Source: Nitrospirota bacterium (GTDB taxonomy: Bacteria > Nitrospirota > UBA9217). Taken from it: a stretch of 34,364 nucleotides of DNA. The position numbers and the translations under genes are program-made. The stretch covers positions 1 to 34,364 of the forward strand of contig JBGPUS010000001.1 of NCBI GenBank assembly GCA_041491325.1, read 5' to 3'. This document shows, in pieces, positions 32,289-34,364 of the stretch. Every line of letters starts with the position of its first letter. Position 1 is the stretch's first letter. The notes under the pieces are model-generated. The model ran no database searches. It worked only from the letters and a program-made list of their open reading frames with translations, and was not told the origin of the DNA.

Positions 32289-33530
32289 ATGAACAAAAGA
32301 CAGCTCTCTTACGGCGCAGCAGTCGCAGCGGCCCTATTCCTTTTTCTCGGGATTGCCGGCGTGTTTGCGACGCCTGCATCCGCGAAGAAGAAGCACGCGG
32401 TAAAAGCAGCGCCGCCGCGCGTCACGCTCCAGATCGACAAGAAGGAATACGGACAGGAAGATACCGTGAAGATCAGCGGCACCGCCCCTAAAAACAGACC
32501 GGTATTCATCGAGATCGCCTCGGAGAAAACCGTTGAAGTCCGACGGCTCGACAGCAAAAAAGACAAAGAGACGGGCAAGGTTCCCTGGATCTTTTACTCA
32601 AGCGACAGCATCCCCGCATACTACAGCACGCTTACGCCGAAAAGCGCCAAAACCGGGATAGAGGCGCTGAAATTCCAGAAGGATGATTGGAGCTACTCAG
32701 GCGCGCTCAAGGACCTGGGCATCGACCCCTCGTCCCTGCGCCCGGCGGCCGCAAAAGTCGAACGCCGAAAGACCTCGATTATCGCCGTCATCACGGGTTC
32801 GCGAGGCGAAATTATGGATCCGATGGACGACAAGGGAAATCTCAAGGCGACGCTTCCGCTTTACAAGACGCGTTTCAAATCGCCGGGCAAGCTTTTGCTG
32901 CCGGTGGTGGACATAAAGCCCGACGGCGCTTTTGAAGCGGAACTCAAACTGCCCAGCGGCGTTGCGGACGGTAACTATACCGTGACCGCTTTTATTGACA
33001 AGGAGCTCCGCGCGTCGGCGGTGTTCACGGTGAACCTTCCTGCAGGCACTTGGTACTTCGAGCGGGCCGGCATGGCAACGAACATATTCGGCCCGTTTTT
33101 CCTCGCGCTCATCGTCACCATGCTCGGCGTGCTGATCGGCGCCGGCGGGGGATTCATCCTCACGCCGCTGTTGCTCTGGATTTACGGCCTTCCGCACGCG
33201 ATCGTGGCGGGGACCGTGCTCCCGACCGTGCTCTTCTCGCAGGGCTCGGGCATCTATAATTACAACAAGATCAAGTTCATCAACTGGAAGCTGGGCCTCG
33301 TCATGGGCGTAGCCATGCTTGCGGGCGGGTTCATCGGTCCCGTGCTCACGCAGCTTATATCGCTTTCGCAGTTCAAGAGCCTTTTCGGCATCGTCCTTTT
33401 CATCCTCGCCGGCCTCATGTTCTGGCAGACGCTTCCCGCGCAGGTCGCCAAGAACAAGCAGGAGCAGGAGATCTTGAAGCACATCAAGAAACAGGCCGAA
33501 CAGGGCGCGTGCGAAGTAAAAAAATCATAA
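32289..33530 (+). CDS. fusion of a signal peptide, a roughly 250-aa periplasmic domain and a half-size (4-TM) TSUP/TauE-SafE-family module
   Basis: RBS AGGAGG. Signal MNKRQLSYGAAVAAALFLFLGIAGVFATPASA. The C-terminal third has GAGGGFILTPLLLWIYGLPHAIVAGT, the TSUP first-repeat signature, and four helices. Confidence 0.7.
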   Translation: MNKRQLSYGAAVAAALFLFLGIAGVFATPASAKKKHAVKAAPPRVTLQIDKKEYGQEDTVKISGTAPKNRPVFIEIASEKTVEVRRLDSKKDKETGKVPWIFYSSDSIPAYYSTLTPKSAKTGIEALKFQKDDWSYSGALKDLGIDPSSLRPAAAKVERRKTSIIAVITGSRGEIMDPMDDKGNLKATLPLYKTRFKSPGKLLLPVVDIKPDGAFEAELKLPSGVADGNYTVTAFIDKELRASAVFTVNLPAGTWYFERAGMATNIFGPFFLALIVTMLGVLIGAGGGFILTPLLLWIYGLPHAIVAGTVLPTVLFSQGSGIYNYNKIKFINWKLGLVMGVAMLAGGFIGPVLTQLISLSQFKSLFGIVLFILAGLMFWQTLPAQVAKNKQEQEILKHIKKQAEQGACEVKKS

Positions 33531-33543
33531 GGGAGAACATCAG

Positions 33544-33936
33544 ATGAACATTCATTTTTGCGGACAGGACATAAAGACAAATCCGGTAATCGGCGTGATC
33601 GGCTCTTTCATCATCGCCGTCGCATCTTCCATGTTCGGCTTCGGCGGCGGACCGTTCATGGTGCCGCTCATGACAGTCATCATGGGCCTTCCTATATACG
33701 TAGTAGTCGGGAGCTCGCTCCTTGCCATCTTCTTCAACACCCTGATGGCGACGAGTAAAAACGTTTTTTTTGAAACCGTTGACTACAAACTCTTTGCCCT
33801 CATGGCCGTGGCCGCGATCATCGGCGGTTACCTCGGCCCGCAGATCGCGAAGCGCATCAGCCCGATCTGGGTGAAGCGCACGGCGGTGGTCCTGTTGCTC
33901 GCGCTCGCGTCTCAGCTCGTGGGGTGGTGGGGGTAG
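33544..33936 (+). CDS. half-size (4-TM) TSUP/TauE-SafE-family membrane protein
   Basis: RBS aagggaga. FGFGGGPFMVPLMTVIMGLPIYVVVGSS is a TSUP repeat signature. Four helices. Lies 13 nt downstream of the preceding gene. Confidence 0.7.
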   Translation: MNIHFCGQDIKTNPVIGVIGSFIIAVASSMFGFGGGPFMVPLMTVIMGLPIYVVVGSSLLAIFFNTLMATSKNVFFETVDYKLFALMAVAAIIGGYLGPQIAKRISPIWVKRTAVVLLLALASQLVGWWG

Positions 33937-33988
33937 GGCGCCGCTTGTTCGGCCTTGCAATAGAAAAACGACGATAAGGAGAATGCTC

Positions 33989-34364
33989 ATGATCGACTCA
34001 TTGGAAATGCTCGACGACGTGTCCTTTGCCAAGGCCATGCTCGCCAAAAAATCGCTCAGCAACGCGGACCTCGTGTTTTCGCTCCGCAATCTGCTGCGCA
34101 TGAAATACTATCCCGTGGCCGTTAAATTTTTCTTTGCTCAGGACGAACTCGACGCATTCAAGAAAAACGTCGATTATAAAGTATCGGCGCATCCTTTCAC
34201 GTTCTGCCACTATCTCGCGGCGTCGCGCCAGCGGGGCGATATTCTGCTCAGCACCGTAAAGGGAGTGGGCTGTTCGAACGCCTTATACGTTTTCGGATGG
34301 AAGGGCATGGATGAAGGCGAAATAAAGAGCCACCTCAAGTATGCAAAGGACGCGGCTCAGGCCG
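33989..34364 (+). CDS. DUF169-domain protein, N-terminal part; the 3' end lies outside the window
   Basis: AAGGAG lies 7 nt upstream of ATG 33989. My translation MIDSLEMLDD...MKYYPVAVKFFFAQDELD...FTFCHYLAASRQRGDILL...GCSNALYVFGW matches the DUF169 pattern. The frame is open to the window end. Confidence 0.7.
   Translation, partial: MIDSLEMLDDVSFAKAMLAKKSLSNADLVFSLRNLLRMKYYPVAVKFFFAQDELDAFKKNVDYKVSAHPFTFCHYLAASRQRGDILLSTVKGVGCSNALYVFGWKGMDEGEIKSHLKYAKDAAQA

Overview
A 34.4-kb chromosomal segment from a moderately GC-rich Gram-negative bacterium, probably an anaerobe. The lifestyle guess rests on BamA, LpxL, SurA-like and SppA envelope genes, a multihaem cytochrome c, 2-oxoacid:ferredoxin oxidoreductase subunits and DUF169. 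Most genes are housekeeping: folA, radA, recN, bamA, sppA, a lipoate-protein ligase, an acetolactate-synthase-like TPP enzyme, a cysteine desulfurase, an MFS transporter and a nitroreductase. There are no rRNA or tRNA genes and no CRISPR array. Four things stand out. (1) Two adjacent multihaem cytochrome c ORFs are one 644-codon reading frame interrupted by a single in-frame TGA (9552-9554). A perfect 7-bp hairpin with a GGUC tetraloop follows it, so this is a candidate selenocysteine-containing multihaem cytochrome with a bacterial SECIS element. (2) A 1.76-kb IS110/IS1111-family insertion sequence splits a GAF-PAS-HisKA sensor gene. Its 319-nt 3' non-coding arm contains short copies of both IS ends, each next to the reverse complement of the adjoining target flank. 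That is the pattern expected of a bridge/seek guide RNA. (3) At least four families of short interspersed, hairpin-forming repeats fill the intergenic regions. One sits exactly where a 2-oxoacid oxidoreductase operon stops after its delta and alpha genes. (4) A TSUP/TauE-type transporter is split into two half-size genes, the first fused to a roughly 250-aa periplasmic domain, and is followed by DUF169. All product calls come from reading the translated ORFs for motifs. No database search was run.
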